Positions 21,524-31,951 of a DNA stretch of 53,345 nt are shown in pieces (the first letter of the stretch is position 1; every line of letters begins with the position of its first letter). A program made the translations under genes and the position numbers. This stretch comes from Escherichia coli (GTDB taxonomy: Bacteria; Pseudomonadota; Gammaproteobacteria; Enterobacterales; Enterobacteriaceae): NCBI RefSeq assembly GCF_003334405.1, contig NZ_QOWM01000021.1; one strand, 5' to 3'. A model generated the notes under the pieces. The model was not told where the DNA came from. It made no database searches and was given only the letters and a program-made list of their open reading frames with translations.

Positions 21524-22789
21524 ATGCTCACGAAAAAGAAATGGGCGTTATTTAGTCTATTAACACTGTGTGGCGGTACAATTTATAAATTACCGTCGCT
21601 GAAAGATGCGTTTTATATCCCGATGCAGGAATATTTCCATTTGACCAATGGTCAAATTGGTAATGCTATGTCGGTAAACTCATTTGTCACCACAGTGGGC
21701 TTTTTTCTGTCTATTTATTTTGCCGATAAACTACCGCGCAGATACACCATGTCATTCTCACTCATTGCGACAGGATTACTGGGTGTTTATTTGACGACAA
21801 TGCCGGGGTATTGGGGCATCCTCTTTGTCTGGGCGCTATTTGGCGTTACTTGCGACATGATGAACTGGCCGGTCTTGCTCAAGTCGGTAAGTCGATTGGG
21901 CAATAGCGAACAACAAGGTCGGTTGTTTGGCTTCTTCGAAACAGGGCGTGGCATTGTCGATACCGTGGTGGCATTTTCTGCGTTGGCAGTATTTACCTGG
22001 TTTGGCAGTGGCTTATTAGGTTTTAAAGCAGGCATCTGGTTCTATTCCCTTATTGTGATTGCCGTAGGCATTATTATTTTCTTTGTCCTGAATGACAAAG
22101 AAGAGGCACCGTCCGTTGAGGTGAAAAAAGAAGACGGAGCATCGAAAAACACCAGTATGACCTCGGTGCTGAAAGACAAAACTATCTGGCTTATCGCTTT
22201 TAACGTCTTCTTCGTTTACGCGGTTTACTGTGGCCTGACATTCTTCATTCCATTCCTGAAAAACATCTATCTATTGCCCGTTGCGCTGGTGGGGGCTTAC
22301 GGCATCATTAACCAATACTGTCTGAAAATGATTGGTGGACCGATTGGTGGCATGATTTCAGATAAGATCCTGAAATCGCCAAGTAAATATCTATGCTACA
22401 CCTTTATCATTAGTACCGCTGCGCTCGTACTGTTGATTATGCTGCCGCACGAAAGTATGCCGGTCTATTTAGGGATGGCATGTACGCTGGGCTTTGGCGC
22501 GATAGTCTTTACACAGCGAGCCGTATTTTTTGCACCTATCGGCGAAGCAAAAATTGCTGAAAATAAAACAGGTGCGGCGATGGCGTTGGGTAGCTTTATT
22601 GGTTACGCTCCGGCGATGTTCTGCTTCAGTCTGTATGGCTACATTCTGGATTTAAATCCGGGGATTATTGGCTACAAAATCGTGTTTGGCATTATGGCCT
22701 GCTTCGCATTCAGTGGTGCGGTGGTTTCCGTAATGCTGGTTAAGCGTATTAGCCAACGTAAGAAAGAGATGCTGGCGGCTGAAGCTTAA
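21524..22789 (+). CDS. yihN: MFS-type transporter YihN
   Basis: 421-aa ORF, highly hydrophobic with multiple predicted TM segments. Confidence 0.85.
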   Translation: MLTKKKWALFSLLTLCGGTIYKLPSLKDAFYIPMQEYFHLTNGQIGNAMSVNSFVTTVGFFLSIYFADKLPRRYTMSFSLIATGLLGVYLTTMPGYWGILFVWALFGVTCDMMNWPVLLKSVSRLGNSEQQGRLFGFFETGRGIVDTVVAFSALAVFTWFGSGLLGFKAGIWFYSLIVIAVGIIIFFVLNDKEEAPSVEVKKEDGASKNTSMTSVLKDKTIWLIAFNVFFVYAVYCGLTFFIPFLKNIYLLPVALVGAYGIINQYCLKMIGGPIGGMISDKILKSPSKYLCYTFIISTAALVLLIMLPHESMPVYLGMACTLGFGAIVFTQRAVFFAPIGEAKIAENKTGAAMALGSFIGYAPAMFCFSLYGYILDLNPGIIGYKIVFGIMACFAFSGAVVSVMLVKRISQRKKEMLAAEA

Positions 22790-22794
22790 TTAAT

Positions 22795-22872
<78 letters not shown>

Positions 22873-22879
22873 TTTCACA

Positions 22880-23572
22880 TCAGAAGAAATACTTCGTCCC
22901 GATACGGATCTGGTTTTGCTCGCGGTGGTACGGTTCGACGTTGCGGTCTAACCAGCGCAATTCGAAATAAGGGAGCCAGTGTTCATTAATACGGTAACGG
23001 AAGGTGTTAGTGATTTCCCAATGATGATCTTTCCCGTTGCTACTATTAAAGTCATTCACTCGCATGAAGTAATGTGGCTCAAATGTATAGGAAAATTTAT
23101 CGGTGATTTTAAAATTCCAGTAGGTGCCAATTTCATAGGTGTCATTATTATCCAGTTCCCCGCTCAAATCTGTTGAACTATAGTTATTATGGTTATAGCG
23201 ATTTCGTACTGTCAGATTAAACCATGGTACAAATTTATAGTTGACGTCCAGATACACTGCACCACCCGAACCGATACTCTTATCATTAATTAAGCCACCG
23301 GGCTGGATGGTTAATTTATCGGTTGGTTTAAATAACGGATACCAGCCTTCAATTTCGTTATATCCATGTTTTAGTTCATCTTCTCGCTGAAAGTTGTAGG
23401 TATTGGTTAACATAATACCCGCGCCCATATCGAAGTTATAACCCACACGTAGCATAACCTCGCCCTGATCGGAGGCAAGATTATATGCCTCCCTGTTTTC
23501 GACGTATGCGCCAGCAAATACCGAGGCAGAGGTCAGAGAAGATAATAAAATTATTGCATTAATCTTTTTCAT
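22880..23572 (-). CDS. ompL: Outer membrane porin OmpL
   Basis: ORF-track frame trimmed to ATG 23572 (MKKINAIILLSSLTSASVFA signal peptide), 230 aa; beta-barrel-like alternation and C-terminal ...IRIGTKYFF. Confidence 0.85.
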   Translation of the reverse strand: MKKINAIILLSSLTSASVFAGAYVENREAYNLASDQGEVMLRVGYNFDMGAGIMLTNTYNFQREDELKHGYNEIEGWYPLFKPTDKLTIQPGGLINDKSIGSGGAVYLDVNYKFVPWFNLTVRNRYNHNNYSSTDLSGELDNNDTYEIGTYWNFKITDKFSYTFEPHYFMRVNDFNSSNGKDHHWEITNTFRYRINEHWLPYFELRWLDRNVEPYHREQNQIRIGTKYFF

Positions 23573-23639
23573 AATAAGTCCATTTTTTAAACGTAGGGAG
23601 GCCGCCACCCACCAGGATGGAAATAGCGGCTATTGACAT

Positions 23640-25043
23640 TTATAACGTTACGGAAGCCGTTTTTTCTTCTGTCGCCATCTCTTTATTTTTGCGTTGGTTG
23701 ATTTCCTCAATAATCAATGCAAACCGTTTTTCATTGAGTGTGTAAAAGAATCCCATCGTCAATGCAGCAATAATTGCCAGTGCACAAGGCCAGATAAAAA
23801 TGAGCTGACGCAAACCCTGTAATGTCGCATCGCTTTGCGCGATGTTGGGAACATAACCAATTTGCGTCAGCATAATGCCTGGCAAGAAGCCAGCAAGTGC
23901 GGCAGAAATTTTACGAAAGAAGGTATAACCGGTATAAACAGAACCTTCGGCACGAATACCGGTTTTCCATTCACCGTAATCTACGGTATCTGGTACCAGT
24001 GCCCAGTTCAGGCTGTTTACAAAGGCCGTGCCAAAAAAGGCGACACAAGAGAACATGACGAAAGTGAAAGAGTTACTTCCCCAGAAATAATTCAGTATAT
24101 CACCCACCGCCCACAGCACCATGCCAGCCAGATAAACCTGTTTTTTACCAAAACATTTTACAGTTAATGGCACCAGTAATACGCCGATGAGGATGCATCC
24201 CATACTGAAGAATCCCATCCACGACAATAAATTAATATCATTCAGCACATACTGGGTGTAATAGACCTGAATCGCCAGTTTGATATTAAATGCCGCCAGG
24301 GTACACAAGTTAGCAATGCATAAAACCAGCAATGGCGGATTCCGAAATATCGCGCAAAATGATTTGAGAATACTGGCTTTATGTCCGGTTGGCGTTGTGT
24401 CCACATAATGCTCTTTGACGCCTCTGTAGCACAGCATCATAAAAATAAAGCCGCCAATGGAGAACATAAGTGCCGCACAGGCATAACCGACGGTTGAGTC
24501 AGAAAAAAGCGACTGCAACGGAATAAACGCCACGGTACAAATCAATAGCCCTATGGTTGCACCACCCTGGCGGTAAGCCGCGAGCTGCGCGCGCTCATTC
24601 GGGTTTTTGGTAATTGCCGGGATCATCGCACCATACGAGCAGTTCATCAGACTGTATGAAAGTCCAAACATCATAAACAGCGCGGTGGCAATCGTCGTTT
24701 TAACCGGCAAACAAAAGGTGGTGGCGATAAACTGGAGCGTTGCAATTAACGCCGCCGGAACCGCTGCATATAAAATAAAGGGACGAAATTTGCCTTTAGG
24801 CCCAATATTTTTCCGCGAGTCGAGTAAAAATCCGGTGAGCATATCGGTAAACGCGGTAAAAAACTTCGCCACCAGAAAGATAATCCCGCCATAGTAAGCA
24901 GGCATCCCTAATTCATCGGTATAAAATTTGAGGAGATACAGAGTACCGATGCAGAGCATTAAATTCGAACCGACGTCGCCCATACCATAGGCGATTTTTT
25001 CCCGCAGATTCAGTTTTAATGTCAGTGGATTATGGTCAGACAT
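23640..25043 (-). CDS. yihO: GPH-family transporter YihO (putative sulfoquinovose / sulfoquinovosyl-glycerol importer)
   Basis: Hydrophobic ORF with GDVGSNLMLCIGTLYLLKFYTDELG; start taken at MSDHNPL (25043), track start is 25049; paralogous to the adjacent yihP. Confidence 0.85.
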   Translation of the reverse strand: MSDHNPLTLKLNLREKIAYGMGDVGSNLMLCIGTLYLLKFYTDELGMPAYYGGIIFLVAKFFTAFTDMLTGFLLDSRKNIGPKGKFRPFILYAAVPAALIATLQFIATTFCLPVKTTIATALFMMFGLSYSLMNCSYGAMIPAITKNPNERAQLAAYRQGGATIGLLICTVAFIPLQSLFSDSTVGYACAALMFSIGGFIFMMLCYRGVKEHYVDTTPTGHKASILKSFCAIFRNPPLLVLCIANLCTLAAFNIKLAIQVYYTQYVLNDINLLSWMGFFSMGCILIGVLLVPLTVKCFGKKQVYLAGMVLWAVGDILNYFWGSNSFTFVMFSCVAFFGTAFVNSLNWALVPDTVDYGEWKTGIRAEGSVYTGYTFFRKISAALAGFLPGIMLTQIGYVPNIAQSDATLQGLRQLIFIWPCALAIIAALTMGFFYTLNEKRFALIIEEINQRKNKEMATEEKTASVTL

Positions 25044-25085
25044 AATCACTCCTTATAACGCCCCGCAGGGCGTCGTTTATTATTA

Positions 25086-26471
25086 TTACGCCGTGCGTTT
25101 ACGGGCTTCTATCTCTTCCACAATGCGGACATACATCTTCTCGTTCAGGCTGTAGAAGCAACCCATCGCCACAATGGTGACTACCGCCAGTGCGCTTGGG
25201 TAGATGAAGATCAACTGGCGTAACCCTTCAATGGTGTGGTCAGCCTGTGCGACGTTCGGCACATAGCCAATTTGCGTCAGCATCCAGCCGGGGAAGAAAC
25301 CAGCCAGCGCCTGAGACACTTTGCGAAAGAAGGTAAAACCGGTGTAGACCGTTCCTTCCGAACGCACGCCGGTGCGCCACTCGCCGTACTCGACGGTGTC
25401 GGAAACCAGCGCCCAGTTCAGGCTGTTAACAAACGCTGAGCCAAAGAACGCCAGGCAGGAGAACGCCACGAAGCTGACCGAACCGCCGCCGAAGAAATAG
25501 TTGAGCAGATCGCCCAGCACCCAAATCAGCAGGCCGCCGATATAAACTTTCTTCTTGCCAAAACGTCTGACTGAGGCAGGCATCAGGAATACGCCGATGA
25601 AAATACAGCCCATGCTGAAAAATCCCATATACGACAACAGGATGGGATCGTTAAGCACGTACTGGGTGTAATAGACCTGGATGGCGAGCTTGACGTTAAA
25701 CGCCCCTAAAGTGCAGAGGTTGGCAATGCACAGAATGAACAGCGGGCGGTTACCCGCAATTGCGCGGAAAGATTGCAGCAGGCCCGGCTTTTGCGCCGGA
25801 TTAGCAGGCTGGGTTTCGACATAACGCTCTTTCACGCCCGAGTAGCAGATCCACATAAACAGCAGGCCAAACAGTGAAAACAGCGTGGCGGCGAAGATAT
25901 AGCCAAGTTGCTGATTACCTTCGATAAGATTCATAACTGGCACGAATCCCACCGTGCACAGCAGCAGGCCCAGCGTAGCGCCGCCCTGACGCCATGCCGC
26001 CAGTGAGGCGCGTTCGTTGGGGTTTTTGGTGATAGCGGGAACCATTGCGCCGTAGGAGCAGTTCATCATGCTGAAAAACAGTCCGTAAAGCATAAACAGA
26101 ATAGTGGCCATCACCGTTTTACCGGTGACATCAAACGGTGTGCCGACAAAGTTGGCGATCGCCAGTAAGGTGACCGGGAATGACGCATACAGAATAAAAG
26201 GACGGAACTTACCTTTTGGACCGATCTTGCGTCGGGAATCCAACATAATGCCGGTACCCATATCGGTAAACGCAGTAAAGAATTTTGAAATCAAAAAGAT
26301 AATGCCGCCATAGGTGCCTGGCAGCCCCAGAACGTCGGTATAAAACTTCAAAAGATAAAGCGTACCGATATCCAGCAGGATGTTAGAGGCCAGGTCGCCA
26401 ATACCGTAAGAGAGTTTCTCTTTAAAGGGCAGGCGTAAAGTTGCTGGATCTTCCGTTGTGATGTGACTCAT
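25086..26471 (-). CDS. yihP: GPH-family transporter YihP
   Basis: ORF-track frame trimmed to ATG 26471 (MSHITTEDPATLRLPFKEKLSYG...), which has SD GGAGA upstream; GDLASNILLDIGTLYLLKFYTDVLG paralogous to YihO. Confidence 0.85.
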   Translation of the reverse strand: MSHITTEDPATLRLPFKEKLSYGIGDLASNILLDIGTLYLLKFYTDVLGLPGTYGGIIFLISKFFTAFTDMGTGIMLDSRRKIGPKGKFRPFILYASFPVTLLAIANFVGTPFDVTGKTVMATILFMLYGLFFSMMNCSYGAMVPAITKNPNERASLAAWRQGGATLGLLLCTVGFVPVMNLIEGNQQLGYIFAATLFSLFGLLFMWICYSGVKERYVETQPANPAQKPGLLQSFRAIAGNRPLFILCIANLCTLGAFNVKLAIQVYYTQYVLNDPILLSYMGFFSMGCIFIGVFLMPASVRRFGKKKVYIGGLLIWVLGDLLNYFFGGGSVSFVAFSCLAFFGSAFVNSLNWALVSDTVEYGEWRTGVRSEGTVYTGFTFFRKVSQALAGFFPGWMLTQIGYVPNVAQADHTIEGLRQLIFIYPSALAVVTIVAMGCFYSLNEKMYVRIVEEIEARKRTA

Positions 26472-26516
26472 CGATGTTCTCCCTTTGCCCATGAGTTTCC
26501 CCACGGGCGGATGTGA

Positions 26517-28553
26517 TTAGATGCTTTTTAACGACGCGAACAGTGCCGCCCATTCGCTATCGGCGCGATAAAAGACCGGCGGCTTGCCGATGGGCGCATT
26601 AACGGTAACTTCCCCGCCCCGGAACGCTTCACCCGTCCAGGCGTGGACCCAGTTATCCTCCGGCAGATAGAGCGTCCAGTCGCTACGGCCTTCTTCATGC
26701 ACCGGAGCGACCAGAATGTCGCGACCTAACAGATACTGATATTTCAGGGTGTAAGTGTGCGCATCGTCTTCGTAATGCAGGAACAGCGGGCGCATAACCG
26801 GCAGGCCGGACTTCGCATTCAGCGCGACGGCCTCTTTCAGGTAAGGTTTCAGGGTGGTGAAGACGGTGGTCATACGGGCGAAATGGGCGATGGTTTCTGC
26901 GTCGCCGTCAAACTGCCAGTTGTCGCCAGGACGGTTACCTTCGTGGGTGCGCATCATCGGCGTGAAGGCGCTGAAATCGCACCAGCGCAGCAGCAGCTCT
27001 TTGCTGCGCTTCATCTCAAACAGGGTGGTGTAACCGCCAATGTCGCTGTGGTGCAGGCCATGTCCGGTCATTGCCAGCGACAGCGCCGCCGGGACAACCG
27101 ACGCCAGGCCATCGTCGAGACTCCAGTCGACGTTCTGGTCGCCCGCCCACATCATGGTGGAGTATTTCTGGCTACCGGTAGAACCGGCGCGCATAAAGAA
27201 AAGGATCTCGCCGAGCTTGCCCGTTTCTTCAAGGGCTTCGTAGTTACACTTCGCCCACAGCGCAGGCCAGGCGTTATGCATAATTTCGGCACTGACGCCG
27301 TTATGCAGGTACGTGTCGGTGGGCAGATACTCGCCGAAGTCAGCCATCCAGCCGCCGCAGCCGAGTTCAATCATGTTCTTTTTGATCACTTCCTTGAACC
27401 AGGCGTAGGCTTCTGGATTAGTGAGATCGACAACGCCGCCGTAAAACTCGCCAAACTCCACCAGATAGTCACCGCCAGAGGCATCTTTTGCCAGATAGCC
27501 GTGTTGTGCCGCTTCTTCGCAGAGATCTTTATCGCTGGCAACATACGGGTTGATATAGGCCAGGAACTGCACGCCCTCCTGATTCCACTGCTTAATGCGT
27601 GAATCCAGTTGCGGGTAGTTTTCGCTGTTCCACTTCCAGTTCCACATCACGCGTTTGCCAAAAGAGGTCATACGAATACCGGACCAGTCCTGCGCCCAGA
27701 TGCCGTTGACCTTCACGCCCGCGTTACGCATGGTGTCCAGTTTCTTCTGGCACACTTCCGTCCCGCCCTGAATGCCGAGCGTTACTCCGTCATAAATCCA
27801 GTCGGGCAGTTCTGGCTGGCGTCCCAGCAGGGCGGTTAATTTTTCCAGCAGGGAAATGTATGTGTCAGCACATTCAAAACGCAGCGTTGCTTTGTCTTCC
27901 CACAGCGCCAGTTCATGGTATTCCGGGGCACTAAAGTCGAAGTTCATATAGCAACTGTTATCAACATGGCAGTAATACTTCTGCGTGCTGACAAACGTAG
28001 GCTGTGGGAAGAAAGTCCAGTAATAGTCGCCGCCCGCATTTTCTTTGCAGTCGGCCTGCCAGGTGACATAGGTTTGTTTGTTGCGACCAACGCCTTGTTC
28101 ACTGGTCCATAGCGGGAACGGTTTGCCACGCAGATCGAAGTAGGAAAACTGTTCGCCGCAGCCGTAGATATGGTCCTCTGGTTGAGCGGCAAGGCGCAGC
28201 CAGATACGGTTGTGGTTAAGGTTGTCGTTTTGTAGTTCCAGCAATAAACGCCCCTGATCGTCGGCAGAGATATTCAGCGTGGCGCTAATGTCAGAACCAC
28301 GGCTGAAATGAATTAACCAACCATCCGGTGACTGGCTGACGATGGCGTCGGTAAGCGCAATTTTCTCCTGTAGTTTATCTTTAATGCTGAAATTACCGCG
28401 GAACATATCGATATCCGCTATACCTGAGCCAATCCATAAACAAGGATTATCTTTGCTATGGGTTAAAATAAGACGTTGTTGAAAATGTAGGGTAAAACTG
28501 TCGTTATTCTGATGAAATTGAAAATCTAATAACTGTGGACGTGGCGTATCCAT
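26517..28553 (-). CDS. yihQ: Sulfoquinovosidase (GH31 family) YihQ
   Basis: 678-aa ORF; GH31-type motifs around GIWAQDWSG and WMADFGEY. Confidence 0.9.
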   Translation of the reverse strand: MDTPRPQLLDFQFHQNNDSFTLHFQQRLILTHSKDNPCLWIGSGIADIDMFRGNFSIKDKLQEKIALTDAIVSQSPDGWLIHFSRGSDISATLNISADDQGRLLLELQNDNLNHNRIWLRLAAQPEDHIYGCGEQFSYFDLRGKPFPLWTSEQGVGRNKQTYVTWQADCKENAGGDYYWTFFPQPTFVSTQKYYCHVDNSCYMNFDFSAPEYHELALWEDKATLRFECADTYISLLEKLTALLGRQPELPDWIYDGVTLGIQGGTEVCQKKLDTMRNAGVKVNGIWAQDWSGIRMTSFGKRVMWNWKWNSENYPQLDSRIKQWNQEGVQFLAYINPYVASDKDLCEEAAQHGYLAKDASGGDYLVEFGEFYGGVVDLTNPEAYAWFKEVIKKNMIELGCGGWMADFGEYLPTDTYLHNGVSAEIMHNAWPALWAKCNYEALEETGKLGEILFFMRAGSTGSQKYSTMMWAGDQNVDWSLDDGLASVVPAALSLAMTGHGLHHSDIGGYTTLFEMKRSKELLLRWCDFSAFTPMMRTHEGNRPGDNWQFDGDAETIAHFARMTTVFTTLKPYLKEAVALNAKSGLPVMRPLFLHYEDDAHTYTLKYQYLLGRDILVAPVHEEGRSDWTLYLPEDNWVHAWTGEAFRGGEVTVNAPIGKPPVFYRADSEWAALFASLKSI

Positions 28554-28751
28554 AACTAATCTCCATAGAGTTGAGAACGAGATTGTTGCCTTCCTGTTAT
28601 TACAGGCTTATGTAAAATGATTCTCATAAAACTGATATATAAAAACTTTACAGAAGCTGAGCTGTTTTTAACTTAATAAATTGAAGATACATAATGTTGC
28701 CTTTAGCGAGTGAAATGTTCTTCAATGATTTTGACTGCTAATCAATACAAG

Positions 28752-29678
28752 TTATTTTCTCTGTCCGTAAATATTAAAAAACAGGCGGTGCGGTTTTCCT
28801 GATTCCAGTAATAATAAGTCGATACCTGAATTAAAGGCGTTAGGCGGGCAACTCATAGGTTCAACTGCCAGTCCCTGACGCTGTAATTTTTCACCGCTAT
28901 AAACCTGCACCCAGAGTTGATCGGAACAAAGGCTTACCGAAAGCGCCTGCTGTGGATGGGTAATGGTCATTTCCCACAAATCATTAGCGGTTTTAAAGGT
29001 GTGGTCGATTTTTGTCGCGGCTATTTTTTTCGCCTGCGTGAAATTTAAATCCAGCTCATCAACGTGGTGAAGCGTTGTCGGATTCGCGTGCTCATCGACG
29101 GCATAAACCTGGTTTGCCGGAAGCTGGAACAGATATTCATCAACAGATGTTAAGTTGCAGGTTAAATAAGGATGAATACCCACGCCATAAGGCGCTGCGA
29201 CAGTGCCGATATTCTGGCTTGCGATCTCAACGGAAAGACCCGTGTGTGCGTTGAGCGAATAAACAACTTGTGAAGCCAGCATAAACGGATAGCCGTAACT
29301 GGGCGGCAGAAAAGCTGTCAGGGTAACGCTGGTGGCGGTTAATTCACTAATTTGCCAGTCTCGCCAGGCAAGCAGCCCGTGAATAGCGGCTTTTGAACTA
29401 TGTTCATTAATGGGTAACTGATATTCCTGCCCCTGATAGCGGTAACAGCCGTTGGCGATCCGGTTCGGCCACGGAATAAGCACTTTACCCAGATGCGCCA
29501 GCGGCATCTCTTCGGGTTTGTGCGGGATGACTAAATGACAACCCTGAAAGGTTAATTCAGCCAGACCAGCACCGACGGTCACAATGGTCGCGTGATAATC
29601 CCCCGCGGCAAGTGAAACGGTCTGTCCACTGCAATGCATATTGGTGATTTGCATACAAGGCACCTTAATTAACGACAT
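28752..29678 (-). CDS. yihR: Aldose-1-epimerase family protein YihR (sulfoquinovose mutarotase)
   Basis: 308-aa ORF in the expected position between yihQ and yihS; family assignment from memory of the K-12 annotation. Confidence 0.85.
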   Translation of the reverse strand: MSLIKVPCMQITNMHCSGQTVSLAAGDYHATIVTVGAGLAELTFQGCHLVIPHKPEEMPLAHLGKVLIPWPNRIANGCYRYQGQEYQLPINEHSSKAAIHGLLAWRDWQISELTATSVTLTAFLPPSYGYPFMLASQVVYSLNAHTGLSVEIASQNIGTVAAPYGVGIHPYLTCNLTSVDEYLFQLPANQVYAVDEHANPTTLHHVDELDLNFTQAKKIAATKIDHTFKTANDLWEMTITHPQQALSVSLCSDQLWVQVYSGEKLQRQGLAVEPMSCPPNAFNSGIDLLLLESGKPHRLFFNIYGQRK

Positions 29679-29699
29679 ACAGCCTCCCGTGAGGCTGAT

Positions 29700-29770
29700 G
29701 TCAAACCCAAAAACTGCACCGGACGGTCCCCTCGCCCCTTTGGGGAGAGGGTTAGGGAGAGGGGAAAACC
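29700..29770. repeat. GC-rich palindromic intergenic element (box C-like)
   Basis: ccggacggtcccctcgcccctttggggagagggttagggagaggggaaaacccgcaccc; resembles a small dispersed repeat family in enterobacterial genomes; the family name is uncertain. Confidence 0.35.
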
Positions 29771-29791
29771 CGCACCCTATTTTCAGATCAG

Positions 29792-31033
29792 TTATTTCGC
29801 ATTAATATCCAGCAGACCCGCTGCAACCGCTGGAGCCATGCCGGGCGCTAACGGGATACGCGGGATCACCAGGCAATGCAGCAGGTGATAAATATCCTGT
29901 TTGCCGTCCCAGACTTTGGTGGTGACCTTATTGTCCGCATCCAGCTCCTGCCACCAGGAACCATTTTCATAGTCCATCAGGTACTTAATGCAGTACTCCC
30001 ACCATGTTTGATACCAGGTTTCATACTGGCGATCGCCAGTGACGGTGTAGAGCGCGTAGGCCGTACCCATTGCTTCGACGATAGGCCAACGTACACGTTC
30101 GCGGACCACCGGTTTTCCTTCCCAGTCAACGGTATAAACAATCCCGTCCGCGCCATCGGGTGCCCAGGCATCGCGCACGGTGGCGTTAAACAGACCTTTG
30201 GCATCTTCTAGCAGCCATGCTGGTGGTTGTTCGCAACGGGCTTCCAGGGCAGCATGGATGTGCAGCATTAAACGGCCCCATTCGATCCAGTGGCCTGGTG
30301 TACCTCCGAACGCGCGGAAGCGATGCGCCGGGTTATCTTTGTTGTAATCCGGCAGCGGATTCCACTGGGTATCGAAGTGTTCGTTAACGCGATAATGATT
30401 ATTTCTGGCGACGTCGTGGATAATCACGGAAGCCACGCGAATCGCGCGATCCAGCCATTTTTTGTCGTGAGTGACGTCATAAACAATCAAGAAAGCTTCC
30501 ACCGCGTGCATATTGGCATTGCCGCCGCGGTACTCTTCGGTTTTGCTGAAGGCTTCGTCCCAGGATTCCAGGCACATCTGCTCTTCTTCGCTCCAGAAAT
30601 ATTTCTCGATAATTTCAATGGTGTAATCGAGCAGCTTGCGCGCTTCCGGGTGACCCGTTGTGACGGCGCTGGCGGCACCCAGCAGAGCAAAGAAGTGTTG
30701 ATAGCCCTGTTTGGAGGCATCCACCACGCCCTCGTCATTCACGCAGGCATACCAGCCGCCATATTTTTTATCACGCAGTGCGCCGTTCATGGCTTTGATA
30801 CCGTGATCAACCAACGAGTAAGCGCCAGGTCGACCCATCGCCGCAGCAACGGAATAAACGTGCAACATACGAGCGGTGATCCACAGATGGGTGCCCATCT
30901 CTTCTTTGATTTGCCCTTTATTGCCTAACCAGCCAAAACCAGTCGGCACTACGGAATTTTTACCAAAATCAAAGATGCGGTCGGTTTCCTGTTCCAGCCA
31001 ACGGTTGTGGCTTAGGGTGTTAAACCATTTCAT
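29792..31033 (-). CDS. yihS: Sulfoquinovose isomerase YihS
   Basis: ORF-track frame trimmed to [21 protein letters not shown] (ATG 31033), 413 aa. Confidence 0.9.
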   Translation of the reverse strand: MKWFNTLSHNRWLEQETDRIFDFGKNSVVPTGFGWLGNKGQIKEEMGTHLWITARMLHVYSVAAAMGRPGAYSLVDHGIKAMNGALRDKKYGGWYACVNDEGVVDASKQGYQHFFALLGAASAVTTGHPEARKLLDYTIEIIEKYFWSEEEQMCLESWDEAFSKTEEYRGGNANMHAVEAFLIVYDVTHDKKWLDRAIRVASVIIHDVARNNHYRVNEHFDTQWNPLPDYNKDNPAHRFRAFGGTPGHWIEWGRLMLHIHAALEARCEQPPAWLLEDAKGLFNATVRDAWAPDGADGIVYTVDWEGKPVVRERVRWPIVEAMGTAYALYTVTGDRQYETWYQTWWEYCIKYLMDYENGSWWQELDADNKVTTKVWDGKQDIYHLLHCLVIPRIPLAPGMAPAVAAGLLDINAK

Positions 31034-31049
31034 TCCTTTTATCCTCATC

Positions 31050-31928
31050 TTAGCGGCGTTTAGCCATCATTTCGTCGACGATATCGCCAAGTTGTTGTAA
31101 TTTCGGTGCGCAAACGTCACGCAGCATCAGCTCGTTGTCTGGTAAACCGACGACCGATGCCCAGACTGCACGGCCTGCCAGGAATCCCGATGCGCCCGCC
31201 GTCATTGCCACGCGTACGGCACGCGGGAACAGTTTTTCGTCGACACCGGAAGAGAGGATCACCCATGGCATATTGATATGGTCATTCAGACGTTGTGAAG
31301 CACAGAGAAGCTCTTGTTGCGGACCTTTGCCATAAAGCGGCATTTCAACTTTGTAGAGGTCAGCGCCACTGTCGCCCAGCTCTTTGGCGGCATCGATGAT
31401 CGCTTGTTCGCGATCGAATTTATCGCCACGACGCGGTGGGCGGACGACTGGCTCAATGATGCTTACCAGACCGTGTGAGTGGCACAGTTCGTTGAACTCT
31501 TTCACCATATCCAGACGTTGCTGCGCATCTTCATCACTACGCCACAGCACCAGCAGTTTTAAGGCTTTGCCACCGTCTTGTTTGATCTGTAGCGGATTGA
31601 TTTTGCGGTCAATAACCACGCTATCGACCGGAATACCGTTGCCAGGAATGAACTCATCGGCGGCGACAATCATGGCGCAACTTTTGGCAATCGCGTTTTG
31701 CTCAACCACCTGGCGGTAGCAGAATTGTTGATCTACCAGAATCGCCGAGGCATAAGGCGAGAGGGCCTTTGCAGCGTTAACTTTGAAATCAGTTAAAACG
31801 CTATCGGCTACCGGAGCGGGTGCCCCAGCCGCGGCAAACATCATGCGCATGGCTTCGCGCTGATCGACCGCCAGCATGGCAAAACCGCCCGATGCGCGCG
31901 TAATGTCGTTGATGGTGTACTTATTCAT
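31050..31928 (-). CDS. yihT: 6-deoxy-6-sulfofructose-1-phosphate aldolase YihT
   Basis: 292-aa [31 protein letters not shown]...; class I aldolase-like. Confidence 0.9.
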   Translation of the reverse strand: MNKYTINDITRASGGFAMLAVDQREAMRMMFAAAGAPAPVADSVLTDFKVNAAKALSPYASAILVDQQFCYRQVVEQNAIAKSCAMIVAADEFIPGNGIPVDSVVIDRKINPLQIKQDGGKALKLLVLWRSDEDAQQRLDMVKEFNELCHSHGLVSIIEPVVRPPRRGDKFDREQAIIDAAKELGDSGADLYKVEMPLYGKGPQQELLCASQRLNDHINMPWVILSSGVDEKLFPRAVRVAMTAGASGFLAGRAVWASVVGLPDNELMLRDVCAPKLQQLGDIVDEMMAKRR

Positions 31929-31951
31929 TCATTTATTCCTTTATCCAGTCG

